A stretch of 64,000 nucleotides of DNA from Alphaproteobacteria bacterium. GTDB taxonomy: Bacteria > Pseudomonadota > Alphaproteobacteria > Rs-D84. Below the pieces are notes generated by a model. It was given only the letters and a program-made list of their open reading frames with translations. It was not told the origin of the DNA and ran no database searches. The DNA lies in assembly GCA_017960855.1 (NCBI GenBank), contig JAGCYJ010000010.1:8098-72097 (forward strand), in the 5' to 3' direction. Numbering within the stretch: the first letter of the stretch is position 1; the number at the start of each line of letters is the position of its first letter. Of this stretch, positions 1 through 8,502 are shown one piece after another. A program made the position numbers and the translations under genes.

Positions 1-317
1 GTTTCGTTGCGCTTGTCTTGGCTGTGCGCTGGTTGTTGCAAAATGGGCGCATAACCGAAAACCCAATTCGTGATTATGTTGCGGCGGTCAGTGCGGGTCT
101 GTGGAACAAAGATTTGATTTTAGATTTGGAATACGAAGAAGATTGCGTTGCCGAAATGGACGCAAATTTTGTTGTGTCGGGTGCCGGGAACTTTGTTGAA
201 ATCCAAGCAACCGGCGAAGCACACCCGTTTGATAGGGAACAGTTGGCGCAGTTGATGGATATGGCCGCATCTGGTTGTAAAAAACTGATTGATTTACAAC
301 ATCAAGTGTTGGAATAA
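1..317 (+). CDS. rph: Ribonuclease PH, C-terminal part (5' end lies outside the window)
   Basis: The translation ...PIRDYVAAVSAGL..DLEYEEDCVAEMDANFVV..FVEIQATGE..PF matches the conserved RNase PH C-terminal half. Stop codon TAA at 315-317. Confidence 0.85.
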   Translation, partial: FVALVLAVRWLLQNGRITENPIRDYVAAVSAGLWNKDLILDLEYEEDCVAEMDANFVVSGAGNFVEIQATGEAHPFDREQLAQLMDMAASGCKKLIDLQHQVLE

Positions 318-346
318 AAAACACCGCCCAATCGGGCGGTTCTTTA
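316..346. terminator. Bidirectional intrinsic terminator hairpin (ACCGCCC-AATC-GGGCGGT)
   Basis: 7-bp GC stem at 323-329/334-340, flanked by an A-run and a T-rich tail. Lies between the convergent rph and 347..1300 genes. Confidence 0.6.
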
Positions 347-1300
347 TTAGTCGGTGCCGAAAGATGTTTGTCCCGTTCCGCCCGGTAAAAGCACCCGTTT
401 GGTAACCGTATCCCACAACGCGTTTGTTGGTGCGGTATAGTTACAGAATGATGTTCCAGATTGGACGGGTTGATATTGGTGTATCAGCGTACCATCTTTG
501 TTCCAAACCTTGATTGAATACAATCTTATACCACCGTTGTTGTTCAAATTCACGGTTTTCCAATCATTTTTAAATATCAATATCGTGTCATCTGCAGAAC
601 ATGTATATGAATTCATTTGTCCCAGACGACCGTTGGAATCAACGGTATCTAAATATATGTATTTCTTCTTGGCGGATGGGTTATAGTTCTTGATTGTCCA
701 CACGTGTTTATTAGACATTGAACCCGGATTCCAAAATGCGCCATATGTGGATGTCCCAATTCTAAAGAATATTTCGCCATAATCGTCAACTGTGACATCA
801 TAGAAACATTTTGCCCCAGAAGTTCCATATAATTGGGCAGAGGTACCATTGACAATCTTGGCGGTTATTTCCACTTCTTGGTCATTAGCAACGGTGGCGC
901 GTGTATCAAAATACTGATTACCATCGGATTCCAAGTACGCATTTAAATTGTTTTGGGTCCATGTACAAGAAGAATCTAATTGCACTGGATCCGGTGGTGT
1001 TGTGGGCATTATGTATTCTTGTCCCCCGCCGCCACATTCGCCGTCGCAAATTGAATATATGGTTCCGTTATATAAAACATGTAACGTGTCAGGTAACGAA
1101 TCGGTGGTCGCATTGGCACACAGGGTTTCGTTGCCATATTTAACATTTAATTTGTGTTCAGAAGTGCAAGTGCTTTGTAAATTGACGGTTGCGCCACCGA
1201 TATGCAATACATATCCACCCGCCATGGTGGTCCATGTCGTGAAAAACAGCGACGTGAAAAACAACGTCCGGATGTTCAAAACCCCTTCCTTTCTGGGCAT
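347..1300 (-). CDS. Secreted protein, smallest member of the mosaic family (N-terminal 'LHIG..LNV..LHV..GTIY' module plus C-terminal LamG/jelly-roll-like module)
   Basis: Hydrophobic N-terminus. aa 28-88 resemble the terminal module of the four giant paralogs. aa 118-317 (YLESDGNQYFDT...IRLYSIKVWNKDGTLIHQYQPV...LWDTVTKRVL) resemble modules in 34615..36666 and 36762..40814. Confidence 0.7.
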   Translation of the reverse strand: MPRKEGVLNIRTLFFTSLFFTTWTTMAGGYVLHIGGATVNLQSTCTSEHKLNVKYGNETLCANATTDSLPDTLHVLYNGTIYSICDGECGGGGQEYIMPTTPPDPVQLDSSCTWTQNNLNAYLESDGNQYFDTRATVANDQEVEITAKIVNGTSAQLYGTSGAKCFYDVTVDDYGEIFFRIGTSTYGAFWNPGSMSNKHVWTIKNYNPSAKKKYIYLDTVDSNGRLGQMNSYTCSADDTILIFKNDWKTVNLNNNGGIRLYSIKVWNKDGTLIHQYQPVQSGTSFCNYTAPTNALWDTVTKRVLLPGGTGQTSFGTD

Positions 1301-1366
1301 TACAGCAGTTAAGGCATAATGCCCCTAATTAAATGATAGAAAAAATGATTTGATCAAGGCAAGACA

Positions 1367-1400
1367 TAAAAAAACACCGCCCGATTGGGCGGTTTTTTTT
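1367..1400 (-). terminator. Intrinsic terminator downstream of the 1475..4798 gene
   Basis: ACCGCCC-GATT-GGGCGGT stem (1376-1393) flanked by A8 and T8 runs, so it is usable on either strand. Confidence 0.6.
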
Positions 1401-1474
1401 ATCTTGGTGCCACGTGTATCTTGTGTGGATAGTTTGGAGAAAGGGACACGCGTGGCATAATGAAACTTTTTTGC

Positions 1475-4400
1475 TTACCCTGGTTGTGCCAATGATACCG
1501 GCGAATATGTGTGATTATCATATTTGATATGTAATCCAGGTGTATTCAAATTATCGTCCTGTTCCATATAGAGATAACAGACAACATCATTTTTCTTTAA
1601 TGCCAAAACCGGTGACGGAACCCCCGTCCGATCCGCCAACAAGTGGTATTGATAATTCCCAACATGCAATACCGACATTGCCGAACAATACGCATGGCAT
1701 TTATCGGCATATTCTGGCATACCCGCTTCGGCACAGGTTTGACACGAAACGCGTGTGCTGCCATCATTTGTGGGAACATTGCTATTACTGTATCCCCAAC
1801 TGGATTCAAAGCCGGTGATATATTGTGTCATTCCCGGGAAAGAATCACAACTGGTGGCAAGTTGGGTGCCGGAAAATGCGCTAGACCACATAGCAGAACC
1901 GGATGATGAACCGGGGTGTATTGTGTCTGGGAATGTTGTTGGCGGTATATAGCCGGTCAGGTTGCTGCAACTGTTAAATAAGTACATAAACATACCACTT
2001 GTATTTGTTGCATGCGATGTGTCAATCGTGCTGAACAAATCAGCCGGAATACTGGTAATGCCAGTATTACTAAATGTGCTACTAAACATATAACTTGTAT
2101 TTGTTGCGGACGATGTGTCAACACCGCTAAATAACCCAGCCGGAATACTGGTAATGCCGGTATTATTAAATGTGTTACTAAACATATAACGTGTATTAGT
2201 TGCGGACGATGTGTCAATATCGCTGAATAAATCCGCCGGAATACTGGTGATACCAGTACCTTGAAATGTGTAGTAAAACATAGAACTTGTATTTGTTGCG
2301 GATGATGTGTCAATATCGCTGAATAATCCCGCCGGTATGCTGGTAATGCCGGCATTGTTAAATGTCATATTAAACATACTACTTGTATCGGTTGCGGACG
2401 ATGTGTCAATACCCCTGAACAATTCCGCCGGAATACTGCTCAGGTTGCTGCAATTATAAAATGCATAATAAAACCGTGGTGTATTTCCATTTACGACCGG
2501 TAACATTGCACCCAATGAACCGGAAATTGACGCAACCTTAGCCTGCGTTCCACCGGATGATATATAAAACGATATTGCGGCCACGTTTCCATCAAGGTAT
2601 CCCGTGGCGGTGCCACCAAAGCGAACCGTGTGCGCCCCCGCCGAACCCCATGTACATGTATAGGTGGTGGTGTTCGTTCCGGTACGGGTGATGGTATTAC
2701 CGGAAATGGTGCTGCCCGTGGTGGTGCCACTTTGTGTCAATGTTCCACCATCACCACAATCGGCATAGAATTCACCAGTCGCTGTCATGGTCCAACTTAG
2801 CGTTGTTGCGTCGTTTGTTGTTGTCACAGAAAATTTTGCAGTTTCGCACGATGTGCCGGTGTTCAGATAACCCGAATCACATGTCCAATTACAGGTTCCC
2901 GCAACATACGATGCGTGTTCCGGTAATGTCCCCGCGCATGGCTCACATGAAACCTTGCCATCCCAATCGGATTCAAAGCCGGTGATATATTGTCCAGTTC
3001 CCACCGGGCATACCGTTAAAAGTTGCGTGTTATAAAATGTTCCGGACCACATACTTGTACTGGATGAAGAACCGGGTTGTATTGTGCTGGGGAATGTTGT
3101 TGGCGGTATATAGCCCCCCAGGTTGCTGCAACCGTAAAATGTATACCGAAACATATAAGTTGTATTTGTTGCGGACGATGTGTCAATCGTGCTGAATAAA
3201 TCCGCCGGAATACTGGTCAGACTGCTGCAACCGGTAAATGTTTCGTTAAACATACTAGTTGTATCGGTTGCGGACGATGTGTCAATGCCACTGAACAACC
3301 CAGCTGGGATACTGGTAATGCCGGTACGGGCAAATGTGCTACTAAACATACCACTTGTATTTGTTGCGGACGATGTGTCAATAGTGCTGAACAAATCAGC
3401 CGGGATACTGGTCAAACCGGTACACCCGTCAAATGTGCCCACAAATATATAACTTGTATTTGTTGCGGACGATGTGTCAATCGCGCTGAATAAATCCGCC
3501 GGGATACTGCCCAGGCTGGTGCAATTACGAAATGTATGCCGAAACATATAAGTTGTATTTGTTGCGGACGATATGTCAATCGTGCTGAATAAATCCGCCG
3601 GAATACTGGTCAGACTGCTGCAATTATAAAATGTGTTACTAAACATATCACTTGTATCTGTTGCGGACGATGTGTCAATCGTGCTGAATAAATCCGCCGG
3701 AATACTGGTGATACCAGTACCTTGAAATGTGCTACTAAATATAGAAGTTGTATTTGTTGCGGATGATGTGTCAATCGCGCTGAATAAACCCGCCGGAATA
3801 CTGGTCAGACTGCTGCAATTATAAAATGTGTCACTAAACATAGAACTTATATTTGTTGCGGACGATGTGTCAATCGTGCTGAATAAACCCGCCGGGATAC
3901 TGCCCAGGCTGGTGCAATTACGAAATGTGCCGTTAAACATAGAACTTATATTTGTTGCGGACGATGTGTCAATCGTGCTGAATAATCCCGCCGGGATACT
4001 GGTCAAACTGCTGCAATTATAAAATGTACCCACAAACATAGAACTTATATTTGTTGCGGACGATGTGTCAATCGCGCTGAATAAATCCGCCGGAATACTG
4101 GTCAAACTGCTGCAACCGTAAAATGTATACCGAAACATATAACTTGTATTGGATACGGACGATGTGTTAAGTCCGCTGAACAAATTCGCCGGAATACTGG
4201 TCAGATTGGTGCAATTGTAAAATGTTTGATAAAACCGTGGAATATTTCCATTTACGACCGGGAACATTGCACCCAATGAACCGGAAATTGACGCAACCTT
4301 GCTTTGTGTTCCACCGGATGATTTATAAAATGCTATGGCAGCGGCTGTTGTTGATGTACTGTATCCCGTGGCGGTGCCACCAAAGCGCACAGTATGCACC

Positions 4401-4798
4401 CCCGCCGACCCCCATGTACATGTATAGGTGGTGTTGGATGTCCCGGTGCGGGTGATGGTATTACCGGAAATGGTGCTGCCCGTGGTGGTTCCACTTTGTG
4501 TCAATGTTCCCCCATCGCCACAATCGGCATAAAACGGACCTTTTGCCGTCATGGTCCAACTTAGCGTTGTCGCATCGCTTGTCGTGGTCACACTGAATTT
4601 CGTGGTTTTGCACTGGGTTCCATCGCCCAGGGCGTCTATTTCGTTTGTTGCACATGCCGCCACCGCCGCGCCCGTCGCCCCAGCGACAAACGCGCATGTC
4701 ACAACAACCACACAAATTGCGTGCAAGAATTTTCCAAAAACACCGTTGACGTTCACAATTTGTTCCCCCCGTTTCCTTTTCAAAAAAGAAACCGTCAA
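1475..4798 (-). CDS. Giant secreted/surface repeat protein: 2 x (DCGDG beta-sandwich + DUF285/BspA-type LRR array) + Cys-rich linkers + terminal module
   Basis: Uninterrupted 1107-codon ORF. The ORF start at 4798 is TTG; a GTG at 4756 preceded by GGGGGGAA is an alternative start. Signal peptide ...FVAGATGAAVAA|C. 11 + 5 repeats of about 33 aa of the form IDTSSATN.S.MF..TF..C.SLTSIPA.LFS. Confidence 0.85.
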   Translation of the reverse strand: MTVSFLKRKRGEQIVNVNGVFGKFLHAICVVVVTCAFVAGATGAAVAACATNEIDALGDGTQCKTTKFSVTTTSDATTLSWTMTAKGPFYADCGDGGTLTQSGTTTGSTISGNTITRTGTSNTTYTCTWGSAGVHTVRFGGTATGYSTSTTAAAIAFYKSSGGTQSKVASISGSLGAMFPVVNGNIPRFYQTFYNCTNLTSIPANLFSGLNTSSVSNTSYMFRYTFYGCSSLTSIPADLFSAIDTSSATNISSMFVGTFYNCSSLTSIPAGLFSTIDTSSATNISSMFNGTFRNCTSLGSIPAGLFSTIDTSSATNISSMFSDTFYNCSSLTSIPAGLFSAIDTSSATNTTSIFSSTFQGTGITSIPADLFSTIDTSSATDTSDMFSNTFYNCSSLTSIPADLFSTIDISSATNTTYMFRHTFRNCTSLGSIPADLFSAIDTSSATNTSYIFVGTFDGCTGLTSIPADLFSTIDTSSATNTSGMFSSTFARTGITSIPAGLFSGIDTSSATDTTSMFNETFTGCSSLTSIPADLFSTIDTSSATNTTYMFRYTFYGCSNLGGYIPPTTFPSTIQPGSSSSTSMWSGTFYNTQLLTVCPVGTGQYITGFESDWDGKVSCEPCAGTLPEHASYVAGTCNWTCDSGYLNTGTSCETAKFSVTTTNDATTLSWTMTATGEFYADCGDGGTLTQSGTTTGSTISGNTITRTGTNTTTYTCTWGSAGAHTVRFGGTATGYLDGNVAAISFYISSGGTQAKVASISGSLGAMLPVVNGNTPRFYYAFYNCSNLSSIPAELFRGIDTSSATDTSSMFNMTFNNAGITSIPAGLFSDIDTSSATNTSSMFYYTFQGTGITSIPADLFSDIDTSSATNTRYMFSNTFNNTGITSIPAGLFSGVDTSSATNTSYMFSSTFSNTGITSIPADLFSTIDTSHATNTSGMFMYLFNSCSNLTGYIPPTTFPDTIHPGSSSGSAMWSSAFSGTQLATSCDSFPGMTQYITGFESSWGYSNSNVPTNDGSTRVSCQTCAEAGMPEYADKCHAYCSAMSVLHVGNYQYHLLADRTGVPSPVLALKKNDVVCYLYMEQDDNLNTPGLHIKYDNHTYSPVSLAQPG
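1950..2470 (-). repeat. Tandem 99-nt (33-aa) coding repeats, C-terminal LRR array (5 units)
   Basis: Recurring strings such as ttgttgcggacgatgtgtcaa...gctgaataa.cc.gccgg.atactggt at a 99-nt period. Confidence 0.85.
3100..4230 (-). repeat. Tandem 99-nt (33-aa) coding repeats, N-terminal LRR array (11 units)
   Basis: gatgtgtcaatcg.gctgaataaatccgccgg starts at 3471, 3570 and 3669 (exact 99-nt spacing). Many units are near-identical at the DNA level. Confidence 0.9.
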
Positions 4799-5080
4799 GC
4801 ATTGACGGTCAGGAGGTTAACGACAATCCAACGAATTGTGCCACTTATTCAATATATTCGTGCGCCCTCCTGACCATATGTGTCAGGAGATTTTCATCGG
4901 AATAAAAACGGTGCATTCGTGCCACGGAATCGTATTCCGACGCGTTGGATTCGGGTCGTTACACCCCATAGCATGAACTCCATGCTACGACACTACAATA
5001 GCAAAGTGTGTCGTCTTATGCAAATGAAAAATTGTCGTTTTTTGATTTTTTTTTCTGGGGGTGTAACAACACGAATGCAA
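4799..5080 (-). promoter_or_regulatory. Long, highly structured upstream/leader region of the 1475..4798 gene (candidate cis-regulatory RNA or small ncRNA; strand not proven)
   Basis: Nested inverted repeats at 4807-4816/4866-4875/4882-4889 (three-way), 4825-4833/4943-4951, 4925-4939, 4958-4967/5058-5067, 4969-4975/4981-4987 and 4988-4993/5008-5013. T9 tract at 5046-5054. Possible TTGCAT-N17-TATTGT promoter on the minus strand (5023..4995). Confidence 0.35.
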
Positions 5081-5081
5081 A

Positions 5082-5103
5082 CCACCGCCCAATTTGGGCG
5101 GTG
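5082..5103 (-). terminator. Hairpin downstream of groEL (CCACCGCCC-AATTT-GGGCGGTG)
   Basis: GC-rich stem 20 nt after the groEL stop. The U-tail on the minus strand is weak. Confidence 0.45.
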
Positions 5104-5122
5104 TCTTTATATATCTATAAAA

Positions 5123-6739
5123 TTACATCATTCCCGGCATTCCAGATGGCATTTGTGCCGCTGGTTTTTCTTCGGGAATTTCCGCCATGACCGCACCCGT
5201 GGTCAGCATAACGCCGGCCGTTGATGCCGCCGCCAAAATAGCGGTTTTAACAACTTTGGCTGGGTCAATAATACCCGCCGTCATCATATCAACATATTCG
5301 CCGTTTTGTGCATCGTATCCAAAGTTATAATCTTTGTTTTCCATAACTTTGCCCACAACGATTTCGCCAGAAACACCGGCGTTGTCGGCAATTTGTGCAA
5401 TTGGTGCGGTAAGTGCACGACGGACAATATCAATACCAACATTTTGGTCGGTATTTGCACCCTTTAATTTTTCAAGTACAGATGTCGCGCGCAACAGGGC
5501 AATTCCACCACCAGCAACAATACCATCGGCAACCGCAGCGCGTGTTGCAGCCAATGCGTCATCAACACGATCTTTCTTTTCTTTAACTTCAACTTCGGTC
5601 ATGCCACCAACTTTGATAACCGCGACACCGCCGACTAATTTAGCCAGACGTTCAGACAGTTTTTCGCGTTCATAATCGCTGGTTGTGTTTGACAAAGCAA
5701 CACGGATTTCATCGGCACGTGCCGCAATCGCGTTTTTGTCACCACCGCCATGCGCCAACAAAGTGTTATCTTTGCTGACAACGATTTTCTTGGCTGAACC
5801 CAAAACATCCATAGTGATATTTTCAAATGTCATGCCCATATCGTCGGAAATAACTGTTGCACCGGTGACAACCGCAATATCTTTTAACATTTCTTTGCGA
5901 CGATCGCCAAATCCCGGGGCTTTGACTGCGCAAACTTTTAACCCACCACGCAGACGGTTCAAAACCAATGTTGCCAACGCTTCGGATTCAACATCTTCGG
6001 CAATAATCAACAATGGGCGACCTGATTGTGCGATTGGTTCCAAAATCGGCAATAATGCTTGCAACCCTGTGATTTTCTTTTCAGAAACCAAGATTTGTGC
6101 GTTGTCTAATTCCGCCAACATTTTTTCGCTGTTGGTGACGAAATAGGGCGACATGAAACCTTGGTCAAATTGCATACCTTCAACCACATCAATTTCAGTT
6201 TCTAAGCCCTTGGCTTCTTCAACGGTAATAACGCCTTCGCGACCAACTTTTTCCATGGCATCGGCAATCTTTTTACCAATGTCGGCATCCGAATTCGCAG
6301 AAATTGTCGCAACTTGCGCGATTTCAGATGAATCTTTGACCGGGCGCGCGTGTTTATCTATATCTGCAACAACCGCATCCACCGCCATATCAATACCGCG
6401 CTTTACATCCATCGGATTCATGCCCGCGGCGATAACGCGACGACCTTCGTGAATAATCTTTTGTGCCAAGACGGTTGCGGTTGTTGTACCGTCACCGGCA
6501 TCATCACCGGCTTTTTTCGCAACTTCTTGAACCATACGTGCGCCAATGTTTTCCATTGGATCTTTTAAAGCGACTGCCTTTGCCACCGTCACACCGTCCT
6601 TGGTTGCAACTGGTGCGCCATAAGATTTTTCAATGATAACTGTACGTCCCTTTGGTCCCATGGTGATTTTCACCGCGTTCGCCAATTTATCAACGCCAGT
6701 GGATAATTTGTCTGTATCAAATACAATATCTTTTGCCAT
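5123..6739 (-). CDS. groEL: Chaperonin GroEL (Cpn60)
   Basis: MAKDIVFD...GPKGRTVII...[10 protein letters not shown]...VAVIKVGG...C-terminal GMPGMM tail. The start is set at the MAKD ATG (6739), with GGGGGAAT upstream, not at the ORF-track start 6754. Confidence 0.97.
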   Translation of the reverse strand: MAKDIVFDTDKLSTGVDKLANAVKITMGPKGRTVIIEKSYGAPVATKDGVTVAKAVALKDPMENIGARMVQEVAKKAGDDAGDGTTTATVLAQKIIHEGRRVIAAGMNPMDVKRGIDMAVDAVVADIDKHARPVKDSSEIAQVATISANSDADIGKKIADAMEKVGREGVITVEEAKGLETEIDVVEGMQFDQGFMSPYFVTNSEKMLAELDNAQILVSEKKITGLQALLPILEPIAQSGRPLLIIAEDVESEALATLVLNRLRGGLKVCAVKAPGFGDRRKEMLKDIAVVTGATVISDDMGMTFENITMDVLGSAKKIVVSKDNTLLAHGGGDKNAIAARADEIRVALSNTTSDYEREKLSERLAKLVGGVAVIKVGGMTEVEVKEKKDRVDDALAATRAAVADGIVAGGGIALLRATSVLEKLKGANTDQNVGIDIVRRALTAPIAQIADNAGVSGEIVVGKVMENKDYNFGYDAQNGEYVDMMTAGIIDPAKVVKTAILAAASTAGVMLTTGAVMAEIPEEKPAAQMPSGMPGMM

Positions 6740-6754
6740 AACAGATTCCCCCAA

Positions 6755-7042
6755 TTATTTCAAAATGCCCAAAATGTCAGATTCTTTGATTAAAACATAG
6801 TCGGTACCATCAATTTTAACTTCGTTTGCAGAAGATGCCCATTTTGCGAATAAAACAGTATCGCCAACGGCAACCGTCATCGGTACGCGTGCACCGTTTT
6901 CAACCACGCCGTCGCCAACCGCAATAACGGTTCCGCGTGATGGCTTTTCACGGGCAGTATCTGGAATAATGATTCCGCCGGCTGTTTTTGTTTCTTCTTC
7001 TATTCTTTGCAATAAAACATAGTTATTTAATGGTTTAAACAT
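6755..7042 (-). CDS. groES: Co-chaperonin GroES (Cpn10)
   Basis: MFKPLNNYVLLQRIEEETKTAGGIIIPDTAREKP..G.VIAVG is a typical Cpn10. Lies immediately upstream of groEL. Confidence 0.97.
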   Translation of the reverse strand: MFKPLNNYVLLQRIEEETKTAGGIIIPDTAREKPSRGTVIAVGDGVVENGARVPMTVAVGDTVLFAKWASSANEVKIDGTDYVLIKESDILGILK

Positions 7043-7073
7043 AATATTTATGCCCCCTTGTGCTAACTTTACC

Positions 7074-7103
7074 CGAAATATAGTGCATTATCGCACGATT
7101 TCA
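7074..7103 (-). promoter_or_regulatory. Putative sigma32 (RpoH)-type promoter of groES-groEL
   Basis: The minus strand reads CTTGAA-N16-CTATATTT, about 30 nt upstream of the groES start. This fits the alphaproteobacterial RpoH consensus CTTG-N16-17-CYTATNT. Confidence 0.4.
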
Positions 7104-7213
7104 AGGGACAAATATGGGGATAAATACCATAAAATAACATTATTCTGATAATATCGTTTGACAAAACAAAAAAATGTATTATATTTTCGTCAAAATAGCA
7201 AAAGGGTATAAAT

Positions 7214-7573
7214 ATGGAAACCAAAGAATTGATTTTGAACGGCAAAACAATGTCGGTTCATGATATAAACACATTGGTCGGGTATTTGTCACACAAAGAC
7301 GACCAAGGCATGAATAATGGCGACAGCACTAATCCACACCGTGGTGTATGTTTGTTTCCAAAACGTGGTTATAACAGCATTGCAACCGCTAAGATGATAA
7401 CAGAATTTTTGGATGAATACGGTATTAAATCGGATATTGTGAAATCATCGCTTTTTGGTTCTTGTATTGTTCGTATTAATATTGAAAGTCCGGAACAGAG
7501 CACACAATATTATTCACTGGTCAACAGAATTAAAAGTACCATCACTCATTTGCGTGACACCAAGAAAAAATAA
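7214..7573 (+). CDS. Hypothetical protein, paralog 1 of a tandem pair
   Basis: 119-aa ORF. Shares ILNGK...V.LF...A.M....L..YG(I/V)KSD...S......V.R..IE..EQ with the next ORF. Confidence 0.6.
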   Translation: METKELILNGKTMSVHDINTLVGYLSHKDDQGMNNGDSTNPHRGVCLFPKRGYNSIATAKMITEFLDEYGIKSDIVKSSLFGSCIVRINIESPEQSTQYYSLVNRIKSTITHLRDTKKK

Positions 7574-7594
7574 ATAAAAAACAGGGGGTTTGAT

Positions 7595-8047
7595 ATGAAG
7601 ATTGGGAATTTGCCGATTTTGAATGGTAAAATCGTTGCAGAAAAAGATGTCCGCGACATCATAGAAGTTTTAGCTAATTGTTATGAACAAGGCGACGTTT
7701 TTCAATCTAGCGATCGTCGCAGTGTCAATGTGGAATACTGTGTTTATCTTTTTATAAAACCCAATAAGATAGTTGATGAAAATGCAGAAATGGTAAAAGG
7801 TTTGTTGGAAAAATATGGTGTAAAATCTGACGTCCATGTTTCTCGTTATCATGGCACTCGTAAAGTTGTTCGTTTGTTTATTGAAAATACTGAACAAGAA
7901 AACGAATACGAACAGTTTGGAACAGATATTAGCAACCTTGTACGCGATTTGGCCGAAGAACGAGAAATCGCTGCAAAAAGGGCGATGCGCCAAGAGAAAC
8001 TTTTTAAAGTTTTTCCATTTCTTAAAAAACTTCAAAAAAGCAAATAA
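7595..8047 (+). CDS. Hypothetical protein, paralog 2 of a tandem pair (with a basic C-terminal tail)
   Basis: 150-aa ORF with GGGGG RBS-like sequence upstream. Colinear similarity to 7214..7573. Confidence 0.6.
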   Translation: MKIGNLPILNGKIVAEKDVRDIIEVLANCYEQGDVFQSSDRRSVNVEYCVYLFIKPNKIVDENAEMVKGLLEKYGVKSDVHVSRYHGTRKVVRLFIENTEQENEYEQFGTDISNLVRDLAEEREIAAKRAMRQEKLFKVFPFLKKLQKSK

Positions 8048-8068
8048 ATATCTTGGTATCTTAATGTA

Positions 8069-8103
8069 AAATCAGGCACCATCGGGTGCTTGATTTTTTT
8101 TGT
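8069..8103 (+). terminator. Intrinsic terminator
   Basis: aatcaggcacc-atcg-ggtgcttgatt hairpin followed by T8. Confidence 0.55.
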
Positions 8104-8139
8104 GTTTTATAATACCTTTTTCACAAAGCACAAGGAGAT

Positions 8140-8502
8140 TTGTTTATGTACGATAAAAATAATGTTTTTGCAAAAATCGTTCGTGGCGAAATACCATCAA
8201 AACGTATTTATGAAAATGCCTACGCTTTGTCTTTCTATGATATTGATCCGGCGGCAACGGTGCATGCGCTGATTATTCCGCGCGGCGAATATGAAAATAT
8301 CTTGGATTTTGCGGCTAATGCGTCTGATGACGAAAAGTTAGGGTTTTTTGATTGCTTGAATAAAACGGCTGAAAAACTTGGGGTGACTGATTGCAATATA
8401 TTTGCCAATACCGGCAAGGCCGTTTATATTCACCAAAGTGTGCCACATTTCCATATGCACATCGTTGCTGGCGAAAAAATCAAAGAAATAACGACACTGT
8501 AA
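8140..8502 (+). CDS. HIT-family (HinT-like) nucleotide hydrolase
   Basis: Histidine triad HFHMHIV and the N-terminal motif FAKIVRGEIPS. Confidence 0.9.
   Translation: MFMYDKNNVFAKIVRGEIPSKRIYENAYALSFYDIDPAATVHALIIPRGEYENILDFAANASDDEKLGFFDCLNKTAEKLGVTDCNIFANTGKAVYIHQSVPHFHMHIVAGEKIKEITTL

Noticed and set aside
1950-4230. Regular direct repeats that could superficially look like a CRISPR array or a satellite.
   Set aside because: The repeats are contiguous 99-nt units with no unique spacers. They lie in-frame inside a 3.3-kb ORF and encode a coherent 33-aa LRR motif. No cas genes are present.
4800-5080. tmRNA, 6S RNA, SRP RNA or RNase P RNA as the identity of the structured intergenic region. 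The area near smpB (53722-53765) was also checked for ssrA.
   Set aside because: There is no tRNA-like acceptor/T-arm with a CCA end, and no plausible tag ORF ending in a hydrophobic ...AA-stop. The GAGGAAAGUCC (RNase P) and SRP domain IV motifs were not found by eye. The identity is left open.
4880-5224. ORFs 4880..5224 and 5008..5190 (+) in the groEL-distal intergenic region.
   Set aside because: They run through a terminator hairpin and into the groEL 3' end on the opposite strand. They have low-complexity translations and no RBS.
7043-7110. A possible CIRCE (HrcA) operator upstream of groES, because TTAGCAC is present on the minus strand.
   Set aside because: Only one half-site is present. 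There is no GAGTGCTAA partner at 9-nt spacing. A sigma32-type CTTGAA-N16-CTATATTT promoter fits better.
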